In this document: one piece after another, positions 12,508 through 25,774 of the stretch
How the letters are laid out: each line of letters starts with the position of its first letter
Position numbering within the stretch: the stretch's first letter is position 1
Assembly: GCF_037042905.1 (NCBI RefSeq)
Contig: NC_087246.1
Location: 35,836,001 to 35,900,000 of the forward strand
Direction of reading: 5' to 3'
DNA from: Lytechinus pictus
Taxonomy: Eukaryota
DNA length: 64,000 nt
Position numbers and translations under genes: made by a program
Notes under the pieces: generated by a model
The model's database searches: none
What the model saw: only the letters and a program-made list of their open reading frames with translations
What the model was told of the DNA's origin: nothing

Positions 12508-13267
12508 GGAGGTCATCGCAGGCCAACGGTTGAAACACAGTATCCCATATTTGCCTCGAGTGTCGTAATGTGTATGAAGATCACTTCTTCATTCGACTTT
12601 TATATAAGTAACTATTTAAGATGCTGCTTGTTTCTTTTTATGTGTCTTCCATTCACTAATATATTTAAATAAAATTCTAACCAAATATTGAAAAATCTAA
12701 TAATTTGCCTCAGTTATTCATAATTTTGATTATTTTTGGTAGGATTGTTGGAGAAAGGTAATTGGAAGTTTAAAATTTGAAAAAAAAATACGTGAGTAAA
12801 CATAATTCATTGAGAGAAAATAATGAAAAAAATATTGTGTAAATAAGGTTGATTATGAGACCCCTTCCACGTGAACTAGGGGAGATACCAGGGGGTTCCA
12901 TATAAATATGCTCCTTATATCATGTTGGAGAATAGTGCAAGAAATGAAATGATAATGGGAATATCTTTCGACACCTAGAGTCAAGATGCTAGAGAGCCTA
13001 GATAAAAAGACAGTGTATGTGGGTGCGTGCACCTGTGTATAAGGGTGAGAGAGAGAGAGGGGGGAGAGGTACATGAGAATTAAAAGAGGGGGATGAAATA
13101 TAAATAATTTGAGAGACAACTTATATAATTATAGAGTAAGGGGGTGGTAGTGAGTCAGGTATATGTGCGAGAGAGAGAGAGCTGAAATAATACAGAACGA
13201 AGAGTGAAAAACCAATACATGAGTTTGCAATAGGTGGTGTGTACTATTTGTTTTTGAGAGTGTGTAC

Positions 13268-13450
13268 TTATTTATTTATTTATTTATTTCGTTTTATTTC
13301 AACAGGGAAGCCCCAACAGTAATTTAGATACTGTTTTACATGGGGGTCCTGCATAACAAAAAGAACACATAGAATTACAAACATATATATACAAAATAAA
13401 CAAAAGATAATAATAGTAAAATAAACAAAGTCAATCGCAATCTCTGCCAG
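13268..13450 (-). mobile_element. 5'-truncated LINE 3' fragment with (TAAA)n tail inserted in a (TG)n tract
   Basis: (TTTA)n plus stem-loop similar in style to 62821-62910; absent at paralogous sites 17740 and 34360. Confidence 0.55.
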
Positions 13451-14054
13451 TGTGTGTGTTGAATGTATTGTTCTCCCCCTTGTTAAAGATAAAGGATTCA
13501 TCTCATTAAACCCAAATATAAGATTATAATCTTCGTATAATTTGTAAATTTCTAGCTACAAAATGGTACAGGTAACCTTAATTCAGCTTTCATTTTCTAG
13601 ATTTTTTTTTTATCCTGCAATTTGGGGTTATGAATAATTATGTTGCTCACTGTATACATTTAGTTTAAATTCACCCCGAAACAAAGCCTTGCTTTGGGAC
13701 ACCATTAGAGCTTATCACGAAAGAAGTGACACCATCATGCTAGACAAACTGTGCTCTCTTGCTCCGATTATTCCTGAACCAGCCAAAATGGCAACCCACA
13801 AGTTTGATATTAACAGTAATGGAATAATAGAATAAGTAATAGTATCGAAAATTCCATGCAGATTGTCATGAAATTTTCGGTGTCATGCTTCTTTAATTTT
13901 TCTCTCTTTCTTGGAATTAACTTGTTGTAGAGTGGACATGTACCATGAGCTCACTCAAGACTAGTGGCAACTGCGGTTTATGAACCAAAAATATACGCTT
14001 TTCACACTGCGTTTCCTTAACCCCATACTATCCTTTACCACGGACTATCCTTAA

Positions 14055-14664
14055 AGGACAAGTCCACCCAAACAAAAGGTTGATTTGAATGAAAAGAAAA
14101 AAATCCAAAAAGAATAACACTGAAAATTTCACCAAAATCGGATGTAAAATAAGAAAGTTATGGCATTTCAAAGTTTCGCTTAATTTCACAAAACAATTAT
14201 ATGCACATCCTGGTCGGTATGCAAATGAGGAGACTGATGACATCATCCACTCACTATTTCTTTTGTATTTTATAATATGAAATATGAAATATTCTAATGT
14301 TCTCCTCAATGTCAAGTGAAACAACGATTAATTCCTCCCTGAACATGTAGATTTAGCATTGTTTAATACTATATGATTTAGTCAACTTGGTCCTTATGAT
14401 CAAATCTGTAAAAAATGAAATATTGTATAATTCACACAATTAAAAACAAAAGAAATAGTGAGTGATGGACATCATCGACTGAGTGACTGACTCACTTGCA
14501 TGACACTGAGTTGTGCATATCACTGTTTTGTGAAAAATAAGCGAGACTTTACAATGCCATAACTTTCTTATTTTATATCCGATTTTGATGAAATTTTCGG
14601 CTAATGCTAGTTTGATTTGTCTCTATTTATTCAGATCAACATTTTTATGAGGTGGACTTGACCT
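14055..14664. mobile_element. Non-autonomous DNA transposon with TTAA target duplication (Kolobok-like AGG termini)
   Basis: TTAA|AGGACAAGTCCACC...GGTGGACTTGACCT|TTAA with long inverted arms; empty site ccTTAAcc near 18873. Confidence 0.9.
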
Positions 14665-15318
14665 TTAACCTCATACTTTCTTTTTATTTTTATTCACACT
14701 GTCTTTCGTAACCCCATGCTATTTACTTAGCCGGGGTTAACGCCTTAACCCCGGACCATCGCACAGCCTATGAATATTGATGATTTTGCCACACAGAGCG
14801 TGATTAACCTGCAATTTCGACTTCTGTTATTGGCTAATGCTTAGCCCCACATTTCCTTAGCCTGGTTTCGTTCATACTGCATCTCTTAGCACCGCAATAA
14901 GCCGGCTAACCCTGCTTTTTGCAGGACCAGATAGTACCATACTATTTACCGTACTAGCCCACTTTGCTAAAACCAAGGTAGGTCCATGCTAATACGTAGT
15001 GTGAAACCGAAGTAGGCTAAGTGCTAAGTTTAACCACGGGAAATTGATGGGCTATGACCAATCCACCAATGGTATATGCTATTAAATTCCATTCATATTA
15101 AGCATTATGATTATAAACTTTATATTTATTGATTTTTTACAATTTTTTTATTTTTTTCATGCTATATCAATTTCATTCCATTTAATTATCACTCTTATTC
15201 CTGTTTTGTGTTTTTCCAATTTCAATTAATTCTTAAAATGTTCATGTTATTACTTAAACTATTCTTTTAGAGTATACAAATGAATTTATTTTTATTCTTC
15301 AATTTTTCCCTTTCACAG

Positions 15319-16641
15319 GTAAAAGCACTCTGCGTTTGTTTGTGTATCGTTGCATTTTTTGCATTGGGATTAAAAGGTATGGATTTTTTAGTATATTTTT
15401 CAATTAAAAATTGATAGAGAAAAAGAGGCATTTATCGAAATTTGCAAATATATTTCTCATTTGGGTACTGTTTCTATCGTGACTTTCATCATGCATGATA
15501 CATCTATTTTGAGGAATGACATAAAACTTTTGATATTGTTAGGACAGCGAGTTTCCACATTACACAACAAAACATGTCAATTTGTTTATTTAGGTGCAAT
15601 AATGTTTGTTTAATTGGGATATATGATTGTTACAGTGGCGTACAGGGGGGGTCTTGGGGCACTTGCCCCCAAATAATCAAGACCAAGAAAATAAAAAGAG
15701 AAAAGGAAATAATTAAAGGGAAAGAGAGGAGGGTAAAATATATTATTTTCTGAATATTATCTCAAAATTTATGCTCGCTTGCTTCGCTCTCTCTAAGCTT
15801 TTTTAAAAACAAATTTTCCCGATACCCCATATCTTGCCCCCTCAAAACGTTTGGCTCAATATGCCACTAGTTTGTTATGTGTTTTACAAAAAAACTTTAC
15901 GAAAAGTCACGATTTGATAATTTCTTTCATTTCTAGCCCAAACTACCGATCGCACTGCACAGTTCGAAGCCCTATGTGACAGATACAGGCTGGTGGTTGA
16001 CACGTGTGAAGAAGACCTAAGAGGACTTCTTACATCTACTGAACAGAACCTGTTCGATGAAGCTGAGAATGATATGGTGTGTCTGCTAGAGGAAGGAGAG
16101 CAGAATAGCGCTGATGCCTGTGAAATCTTGGAAAAAATTTGCCTTGAAGTTGTCGACTGTTCCTATACAGGTAAGTAATATCTTCAAATCCCCTAATGCC
16201 ATTTATAAAGATTTTTGCTGCTTTCGTTGACACTCTGTGACATCGTCCAAAAATATTTATGATATGTTATGCAAAAGATCCCTCTTCCTATATTCGATTG
16301 CTGCTCTTCTCAGTTTATCATAGCTAAACTCAATGACATTTTCAAGTGTTTTAATTCTCTTACACAATTTCTGGTCTTCATTATTCACATTTCAAACAAA
16401 CGTAAGTCGTTATCATAATCTCCCCCTTTCCCAAAAGATAAAAACAAACCGATATACAATATTTCAAAGATATTATCGTTAAATATCCACGTTTACATGA
16501 TATGCATTCCGATTAATCATTGGAGTTTCTTCGTATGTTAATAATGATTGCAATTATATTTCATTACTTGCAGCTCGTTTTAGACGTTCTTCGTCTGTCT
16601 CTGCCGAATCGTCATCCGTTGAATCTAGTGAAACAGACTGA
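15319..16641 (+). pseudogene. Copy 3 (subtype A): exons 2-4 intact, exon 1 and promoter deleted
   Basis: Exons 15319..15376, 15937..16170 and 16574..16641 are open with good splice sites. Homology to intron 1 begins abruptly near 15061, directly after MITE sequence, with no ATGGCTCAATCG exon or TATA upstream. Confidence 0.85.
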
Positions 16642-17255
16642 GGAGGTCATCGCAGGCCAAAGGTTGAAACACAGTATCCCATATTTGCCTCGAGTGTCGT
16701 AATGTGTATGAAGATCACTTCTTCATTGGACTTTTATATAAGTAACTATTTAAGATGCTGCTTGTTTCTTTTTATGTGTCTTCCATTCACTAATATATTT
16801 AAATAAAATTCTAACCAAATATTGAAAAATCTAATAATTTGCCTCAGTTATTCATAATTTTGATTATTTTTGGTAGGATTGTTGGAGAAAGGTAATTGGA
16901 AGTTGAAAATTTGAAAAAAAAATACGTGAGTAAACATAATTCATTGAGAGAAAAAAATTGTGTAAATAAGGTTGATTGTGAGACCCCTTCCACGTGAACT
17001 AGGGGAGATACCAGGGGGTTCCATATAAAGAATGCTCCTTATATCATGTTGGTGTATAGTTCAAGAAAGGAAATGATAATGGGAATATCTTTCGACACCT
17101 AGAGTCAAGATGCTAGAGAGTCTAGATAAAAAGACAATGTATGTGGGTGCGTGCTCCTGCGTATAAGGGTGAGAGAGAGAGAGAGGGGAGAGAGGTACAT
17201 GAGAATTAAAAGAGAGGGATGAAATATAAATAATTCGAGAGACAAGCTATATATT

Positions 17256-17608
17256 GGGCGATTCCATACTTGTCGTACGGGACATTTTGACGACAATTTC
17301 TAGTTTTCTAGCCGAATGCTTGAGCAATAAAATATTCTCTTTTGTCAATGATAAAGCTATAGTGGGCAGTCATGTGAAAAACTGATAACCAATACACAAA
17401 AAATGATTATAGGTGAGTTATAGGTGAAAATGTTGTGTGTCGTACGGGACGCAGAAATGTCCCGTACGACACGCAACGTTTTAGGCTCTTATTCACCTAT
17501 GGACTTTTTGTTGGTTGTCATTTTTTTTTTCATGTCTACCCAGTAGTACTTTAATATTACCACAAAGCAGGTTGAAAAATGTTTTGAAAATTGCTAAATA
17601 AATCGCCC
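17256..17608. mobile_element. MITE with GGGCGATT termini and TATT duplication
   Basis: tatt|GGGCGATT...AATCGCCC|tatt; internal GTCGTACGGGAC palindrome; absent downstream of copy 2. Confidence 0.8.
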
Positions 17609-18990
17609 TATTATAGAGTGAGGGGGTGGCAGTGAGTCAGGTGGGTGTGCGCGATGAATAGCTAAAATAATACAAAAGGAAGAGTGGAAAGCTAATGCAT
17701 GAGTATTCAATATGTGTTTGTTCTATTTGTTTTTTAGTGTGTGTATGTGTGTAAAATGTATTCTTCTCCCCCTTGTTAAAGATAAAGGATTCATCTCATT
17801 GAACCCAAATACAAAAAATTATAATCTTCTTATAATTTGTAAATTTCTAGTTACAAAATGGTACAGGTAACCTTAATTCAGCTGTCATTTTTTAGATTGT
17901 TGTTTAATCCTGCAATTTGGGGTTATGAACAAGAGCTTATCACGAAAGAAGTGACACCATCATGCTAGACAAACTGTGCTCTCTTGCTCCTATTATTCCT
18001 GAACCAGCCAAATGGCAACCCACAAGTGTGATCTTAACAGTAATAGAATAATAGAATAATTAATGGTATCGAAAACTCCTGCAAACAAATAATATTACGT
18101 GTCGAACTGTAGCTTTGAAGGTAAAATGGGGACCACATTCATTCATTAATAGTATTCAATATAACCAGGATCGTACAAAAAATCCATAGCGAGTTTTATA
18201 GGTATACAAGCACGTTTCTTCATTTTTTACCGAATGGACACTTTAAATAGTTCTGCATCAACAATATGGAAATCAAATTTGTTTAGTAAACCGAAATTGC
18301 AAAGTAATGTTAAATACTTTAATGATTGAAAAGCCACATAACGTTTGGCCAATGCCATTTTGTTCTGCGAATTCATCACATCGTTTTCCTAAGATAAAAT
18401 GTTTCAGGTTTGAATGAAGAGAACCATGTATTGGCCATCTTAGTCTCTTTTTCTTTTAGCAGTTTTTCAATCTTTATCTGCATGAACAAATAGTATATCA
18501 TTTCATTTCATTTATTTCATTTTCAACAAAATATAAATCAAATAAATACAATCATTACAAGTCAACATCATAAAAAAAATATGCCAAAGTCATATGCGAA
18601 GGTATTAATAATAATAATAATAAAAAGTTAATTAGCTAATATAGAAAGGGGCGAAAACTAGTGTTAAATCGATGTTAAACCAGATTGTTATGAAATTTTC
18701 GGTGTCATACTTCTTTGATTTTTCTCTCTTTCTTGGAATTAACTTGTTGTAGAGTGGACAAGTACCATGAGCTCACTCAAGACTAGTGGCAACTGCGGAT
18801 TATGAACCAAAAATATACGCTTTTCACACTGCGTTTCCTTAACCCCATACTATCCTTTACCACGGACTATCCTTAACCTCATACTTTCTTTTTATTTTTT
18901 TATTCACACTGTCTTTCTTAACCCCATACTATTTGCCACACAGAGCGTGATTAACGTGCAATATCGACTTCTGTTATTGGCTAATGCTTA

Positions 18991-19706
18991 TGCCTAGTTG
19001 ACACTTTCACGATTTTCGTTTCCCGCATAGTTCACGCACTGATATTGCGTCATGCGTGCCAATGCGTCGACACTTGCGGGAAGGGGCGGGACGATGAGCG
19101 GCAATGCGCAGCAATGCGTGAAGAGCGAAAAAATTTTTTCAACATGTTGAAAATTTTGCCACGCACTTCCCGCATTGCAGCAGTGCGTGAACTGTGCGCA
19201 AACTATGCGCAAACAAGTCGTGCCAATGCGTGCCAGTGCGTGGCGTAAAAACAGTGGGTACCCCACCCCCGGGGTAGTGGCACGCAGTTCGCGACTAGTT
19301 CACGACAGGGTCGCGCATACTTTGCGCATAGGTCAAGCATACTTCACGCATAGTTCGCGAATGACATGCGCAAAATTGTGAGTGCAGACCACGTGATCAA
19401 TGTGAGTCGTTCTAATCAACGAACGTAGAGGGTGTCAACACCAGAACGTTGAATATTTAAATTTGCGCTAGATACGTCACAGAAATAGGGTGTCGAGAAT
19501 ATTTGCTGAAAGCACGTCGGGACAGTGCGTGAACACTGCGTGAACTATGCGCGAACTATGCGCAAACAATGCGCAAACATGTCGTGAACGTGTCGGGACA
19601 TTGCGTGAACTGATATAGCCAAGTCGTGCCATAAAGTGTCCCGCACTGGCACGCATCAATGCGGGGCAATGCGGGCACCATAATGCGTGCAAGTGTCAAC
19701 CGGGCA
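18991..19706. mobile_element. GC-rich MITE (Harbinger-like), recent insertion
   Basis: TGCCTAGTTGACACTT...AAGTGTCAACCGGGCA flanked by TTA/TAA; empty site in the near-identical paralog near 47140; internal TGCGCA/GTTCACG repeats. Confidence 0.85.
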
Positions 19707-19820
19707 TAAGGCCCACATTTCCTTAGCCTGGTTTCGTTCATAGCACTGCAATTGTGGTGCTAGCACCGCAATAAGCCGGCTAACCCTGCTTTTTGCAGGA
19801 CCAGATAGTACCGTACTATT

Positions 19821-21570
19821 AGGTGAGCGGCCAGAAGCGAAAAAGGGGCTTATTTCTTGACTTTAATCCCCCCGGCTGGATCAAAGCAAAATCATACATC
19901 AAATTAAAGGAAATTTTCTGAATTTTTCGGAATTGGGCATTAAAACTGACGTAATGTGTAGCATCACCATGGAAACCAGCCTTGATTAAGCCACGCCCAT
20001 TTTAAATACTTATTGAATATTTATAGTAAATATTGTTTTTTACACATTAATTTAAATTATCAGGTATTTTTTCTTATTTTTATAGGATAGTTCCACTATA
20101 TATTGTAAGAAGAATTACAGAATAACAACTTAGCATGAATTTTATGAACATTTTCTCAGAAACTGTTGCCTAGCAACATAACTTTCCTTAGCAACCATTT
20201 AGCTCCTTAAGTAAACCACTTATTTTTCCATTTCAAACCTAACTTTTAACTTTTTAACTAGGTTAGATTAAACCTAATAAGTTATACCAATGAAATTCTA
20301 TAAAGTATTATTGAAAAATAATAAAAAGAACTGAAAAACCCCATTTTAACTATTGCGAACCTCAAATAAATTTGCTAAGCTCTACTTAACATTCCCCTTC
20401 ACATCGTACAAATCGCGCCATTATTGTTCATTTTGACTACATTGATACACGTACGTACAAGTCACATACTTTGTACTATTTTGTGGTGAAAAAAGTGGAT
20501 TGAGTTAATAATACTTGATCAATTAACATGCAGTATCTTGTCTTCAATAGAACAACAACAAAATTACCATTTCACATTACCCATGGATACCAATTCATTG
20601 CCTAGCAACGACTATTTTCCATTGCAACGACTATGATAACACTCTCCTCCCTGGACAAATCTGTGTAAAAAATAGTTCATTATGAGCAATAATACTGACA
20701 CAATATCATATAGATGCCTACAACCTCGTTTTCAATATTCATTCAACAAACTGACTATTTTTTAGCTTCCATGGAGACAAATGTGTTGCCTAGTAACAAT
20801 ATTCCCTAGCAACGGCTATGTTACCACTCTTCATCTCAGTCAAATGTGCTGAAGAAGTTGTGCCTTAGAGTAAAAATATTGAGAAAATTAACATATGATA
20901 GTTTGTCAAACAGTATTCAGTAATTTACCATCATCTACTGACATAATTCCATTGCCTAGCAACACTATTTACCTTAGCAACGATGTATTTTCCCCTTAAA
21001 CAATCTTGAGGAAAAATAATCCACTTTTAAGTGTACAGTACCATTTGTAAAAGGATGGTCCAAGCTGTAAATATTTCTATCTAAATAAATAGAGTAAAAT
21101 TCACAAAGCTAAATGCTGAAAATGTCATCAAAATCGGATAACAAATAACAAAGTTATTGAATTTTACTCAATTTATTTAGATAGAAATATCTCCAGCCTG
21201 GACCATCCCTTTAAATAATATGCCTTCATGCATACTGGCAATGGCAAATTAAAGGACACTACTTCATTTCTCTCAATTCTAAAAAAAAAATCATTTATCC
21301 TTGTTTGTATATTGCTTGTCTACAAATTCTTAACAGTCCGATGAGCATGGTATTTAAACTTAATCATATATAAAGAGCAGCTACAAAGAGAAATTTTAAT
21401 GTTGAAGATATAAACAGATTAATATGGTTTGGAGGATTAATAGCTGGGTACATAACATATTTTTAGCTTTTGGCTGCATATTCAGATCAATTTCCTCAAG
21501 TGAATATGGAATGGTTAACAAATGGATGTGTCTTGTCAAATAATACCTAGTCACCCATGCAAGTCCAACT
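19821..21570. mobile_element. 1.75-kb unclassified insertion rich in TTGCCTAGCAAC motifs, with a nested TTAA MITE (about 21051..21210)
   Basis: Interrupts ccgtactatt|..ccgtactagc of the host MITE; duplicated at about 47254..49010. Confidence 0.6.
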
Positions 21571-23317
21571 TCCGTACTAGCTCACTTTGCTAAAACCAAG
21601 GTAGGTCCATGCTTATACGTAGTGTGAAACCGAAGTAGGCTAAGTTTAACAACGGGAAATTGATGGGCTATGACCCCCCCCCCCCCCTTAGCCCTACCAT
21701 TTTCCCAAGTTTAAGGAAAATGTGTGAAAAGCATAATTATTATAAAGAGGTGAAATCGGTTTAGATGGATTTGCAATAGAAAAGAAATATCAACTCTTGT
21801 AGGTGATCGATCTAAAAACACGATCGTATTTTTTTTGTAAAGAAAATTAAAAAAATGAAATTGCCTATTGAAGAAAAAATGGCAAAATTAATATGACAAA
21901 GTATTTCAAAAGAGAGCAATATCAAAGCAAATAGTAGTTCCTTACTGTTGCTTCATTTGCCACAGGTATTACTGAATGTCATTTGACGTATTTTGGATAA
22001 TATTGAAAAATAATGACGATCCAGAGACCATATAGACCGGATTACATCTTTTATATTTACTTATGTTCTGATTTACACGAAGAATCGTATGTCTGTTCTT
22101 TCTCCCCTCCCTTGTACTTTTTCTAATGCTCTCTCTCTCTCCCCTCTCTTTTTCTCTCTATCTCTTCGTTCCATTTATATCATCTTTTATCTTGCTCTTT
22201 CCACGTATCTCTCTCTTATTCCCGACTGCCTATCTCTATTACTCTCTCTCTCTCACACACACACACACACCCACACACCCTCAAACACAAATAGAACGCA
22301 CCCACCTATCGCATAATCATGCATTAGCTTTTCACTCTTCCTTGTGTATTATTTCAGCTCTTCATCGCGCACATAACTGCCATATAATTATATGCCATTA
22401 TATAGGTTGTCTCTCAAATTATTTATATTTTATCCCTCTCTTTTAAAGGAAACCAAAACCAAGATGAGAAGCAATCTTATTGGAAAGAGTAAAAGAAGAG
22501 GAACAATTTTAATACGTTTCCGTTTTTTGTGGACAATTCTCCATTTGTTTTGTACACATTTTTTTTCAGATTTTCCCTATTATCTTCAAAATTGCATGTT
22601 GCCTCATTCTAAGCATAACATATGTCATGGGAAAATATAATTCACACCACATATTGATCAAGGTCAGCAGGAGCTGAAGTGGAATATGTATAATAAAGGG
22701 GAAAATCTGAAAAAGAGGTACATGATGTACCTCTTTCTTCCCTCTTCTCCCTTTCTCACACATATACACACGCGCCACCCTTATACACATGTGCACACAC
22801 CCACACACACTGTCTTTTTATCTAGGCTCTCTAGCATCTTGACTCTAGCTGGCGAAAGAAATTCCCAGTATCATTTCCTTTCTTTGCACTATTCTCCAAC
22901 AGGATATAAGGAGCATTTTTATATGGAACCCCCTGATAACTCCCCTAGTTCACGTGGAAGGGGTCTCACAATCAACCTTATTTACAAAATAATCTTCTTC
23001 TTTTTTTATTTTTTCTATCAATGAATTATGTTTACTCACGTATTTTTTTCCACTTTTCAACTTCCAATTACCTTTCTCCCACAATCCAAATAATCAAACT
23101 TATGAGAATGACTGAGGCAAATTATTAGATTTTTCAATATTTTGTTAGAATTTTATTTAAATATATATAAGTGAATGGAAGTGACATAAAAAAGAAACAA
23201 GCAGCATCTTAAAATGTTATTTATACAAAAGTCAAATGAAAAAAATATTGTTGTACACATAAGACTCAAGGCAAAGATGGGGTACTGTGTTTCGACCTTT
23301 GACCACCAATGACCTCC

Positions 23318-25356
23318 TCAGTCTGTTTCACTTGATTCAACGGATGACGATTCGGCAGAGACAGACGAAGAACGTCTGAAACGAGCTGCAAGTAACGAAA
23401 TATAATTACATTCATTATTAACATACGAAGAAACTCGTATGATTAATCGGAATACATATCATGCAAATATTGATATTTACGGATTATTTCTAATTACTTT
23501 GAAATATCATAGATGGTTTTTTTGGAAAATGGAGAGATTATGATAACTTTCGTTTGTTTTATTATGTGGATAATGAAGACCAGAAATTGCATAAAGAGAA
23601 TGAAAACCTAGATTTTCATTACAACTTTCATTGAGTTTAACTATGAAAAACTGAGAAGAGGAACAATCTAATATAAGAAGAGGGATACTTTGCATTACAT
23701 AAATAAATAAATGTTTTGGACGATATCACAAAGTGTCAACAAAAGTATTTAAAAAAATCTTTATATATGGCATTAGGAGATTTGAAGATACTTACCTGTA
23801 GAGGAACAGTCGACAACTTGAAGGCAAATTTTTTCCAAGATTTCACAGGCATCAGCGCTATTCTGCTCTCCTTCCTCTACCAGACACACCATATTATTCT
23901 CAGCTCCATCAAACAATTCCTGTTCAGTAAGAGTAAGAAGTCCTCTTAGGTCTTCTTCACACGTGTCAACCACCTGCCTGTATCTGTCACATAGGGCTTT
24001 GAACTGTGCAGTGCGATCGGTAGTTTGTGCTAAAAATGAAGGAATTTATAAAATCATGATTTTTCGTTGAATTTACCAGTAACACAAATAAATAACCAGT
24101 GGAGATTTAAGCCAAAAAATTGAGGTGGCAAAATATGGCGTATCGGGAATTTTTTTTTATATATATAAAAGTTTCGAGCGAGCGAAGCCATGGAAGCGAG
24201 AGAGCAAAAGTGTCGTCATTTTTATTTTCAAAATCCTATTTTGTGATAGATTTTGACATAATATTAAGAAAATAATATATTTCATCCTTCTCTCTTTCTT
24301 TCCTTTCCTTTTTGTCTTGTTCGTAAAAAATTGAGGGTGCCAAGCGCCCCCAATACCCCCCCCCGTCTGTACGCCACTGTAACAAACCTATGATTTATAT
24401 TGTGCAATAATGATCTGCGTCATCATGATAAATCCAAAATTATTGCACCAAAATGAACAATTTGACAAGTTTTGTTGTGTAATGTGGAAAAAATATTAAC
24501 ATCCCCCAAACATACATGTATCATATATAAAAGCGATTTCAAAATGATCATGATATATACCCAAATGAGAAATATATCTGCAAATTTCGATAAATCCCTC
24601 TTTTTCTCTATTGATTTTTAAATGAAAAATTAAAAAAAATATATACCTTTGACTGCCATCGCAAAAACTGCAACGAGACACAAACAAACGCAGAATGTTT
24701 TTACCTGTAGAAAGGAAAATAAATAAAATATTCAATTCATTTGTATACTCTAACATCATAGCTTTAAATGATAACGTAAATAATCAAAGAATTAATTGAA
24801 ATTTAGGTAAGACTGTCTTTTTGGAAACAACTTTAAGGATCTTTTCGGGTCAATTCCCTTGTTCATTAAAATTAGACTTTATTTCTTTACAAATAGATCT
24901 CGGAAGAAAAATAACACCCCCCCCCCAAAAAAAAAAAAGGAAAGGAATAAATAAATAAAATAAGTAATAAAATAAAACAGGATGAAGAGTGATAATTAAA
25001 TGGAATAAAAAAGATATAACATAAAAAAATAAAAAAATTGTAAAATTGAAGGAATTCAAAGATTATAAACCTAATGATTAAAATAAATGGAATTTAATAG
25101 CATATACCATTGGCGGACAAAACCATAAAGGTATACCCCGAATTGTGAGATCATAAAAAACCTCTGTTTTGGTATAATACAGATATCTATTTCTATTTTA
25201 CTGTCAACATTTTCAGAAAGAATTCAAAATCCATGTCATCAAATTCATTCTTTTTTTCTTATTATATCCAGTTAAAACTAAATCAGGTTTACGCAGTTTA
25301 AACAGTTTCTGCTGGAATAATTGGAAAAATAATATTGTACTTACCGATTGAGCCAT
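23318..25356 (-). CDS. Secreted six-Cys acidic protein precursor, copy 4 (subtype B), 123 aa
   Basis: complement join(25345..25356,24647..24704,23796..24029,23318..23385); intact frame; variants QFKAL and ICLQVVDC. Confidence 0.92.
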
Positions 25357-25737
25357 TTCAGGAGTTTTGCTGAGTCAAGAGCTTTGAAAAAAAGGTATTT
25401 CGAATGCTGATGGGTGAGTGATTAATGACTGTATTTTTCCCCTTTTATAGTATTTCAACATAATCAAAATTTAGGTAGGAAATGTTTGTCTTTCACGATT
25501 GCGAGATTACAATATGATATGATAATTATGACAGTTTAAGATTTGAACAAAAGGACATTTTGCGTAATTTGTTTGTGATAGGTTAAACTGTCATTACGAA
25601 TTTCGCTTCTAATTATATGCATAATGAATATCTATACCAATAAGAGGAAGTTGACAATTTGAAAGGTTAAAATAAAAAGAATAAACAAACAAAACGAGTG
25701 AACGACCAACTAATACGTTTGTATTGAGATCCAAGGA

Positions 25738-25774
<37 letters not shown>

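Larger units (their letters stand above)
18819..21732. mobile_element. GCTTTTCACAC-terminal MITE expanded by nested insertions
   Basis: GCTTTTCACAC...GTGTGAAAAGC; shorter versions at 36037..36786 and 59356..59916; truncated version from 13998; empty site near 3865. Confidence 0.7.

Noticed and set aside
18994-19741. Cluster of overlapping ORFs in a GC-rich patch
   Set aside because: They lie inside a 716-bp MITE; stop codons are scarce because of composition.
17900-22700. Whole array as an assembly artefact from uncollapsed haplotypes
   Set aside because: Each unit has private substitutions and insertions with clean target duplications. Individual junctions still need long-read confirmation.
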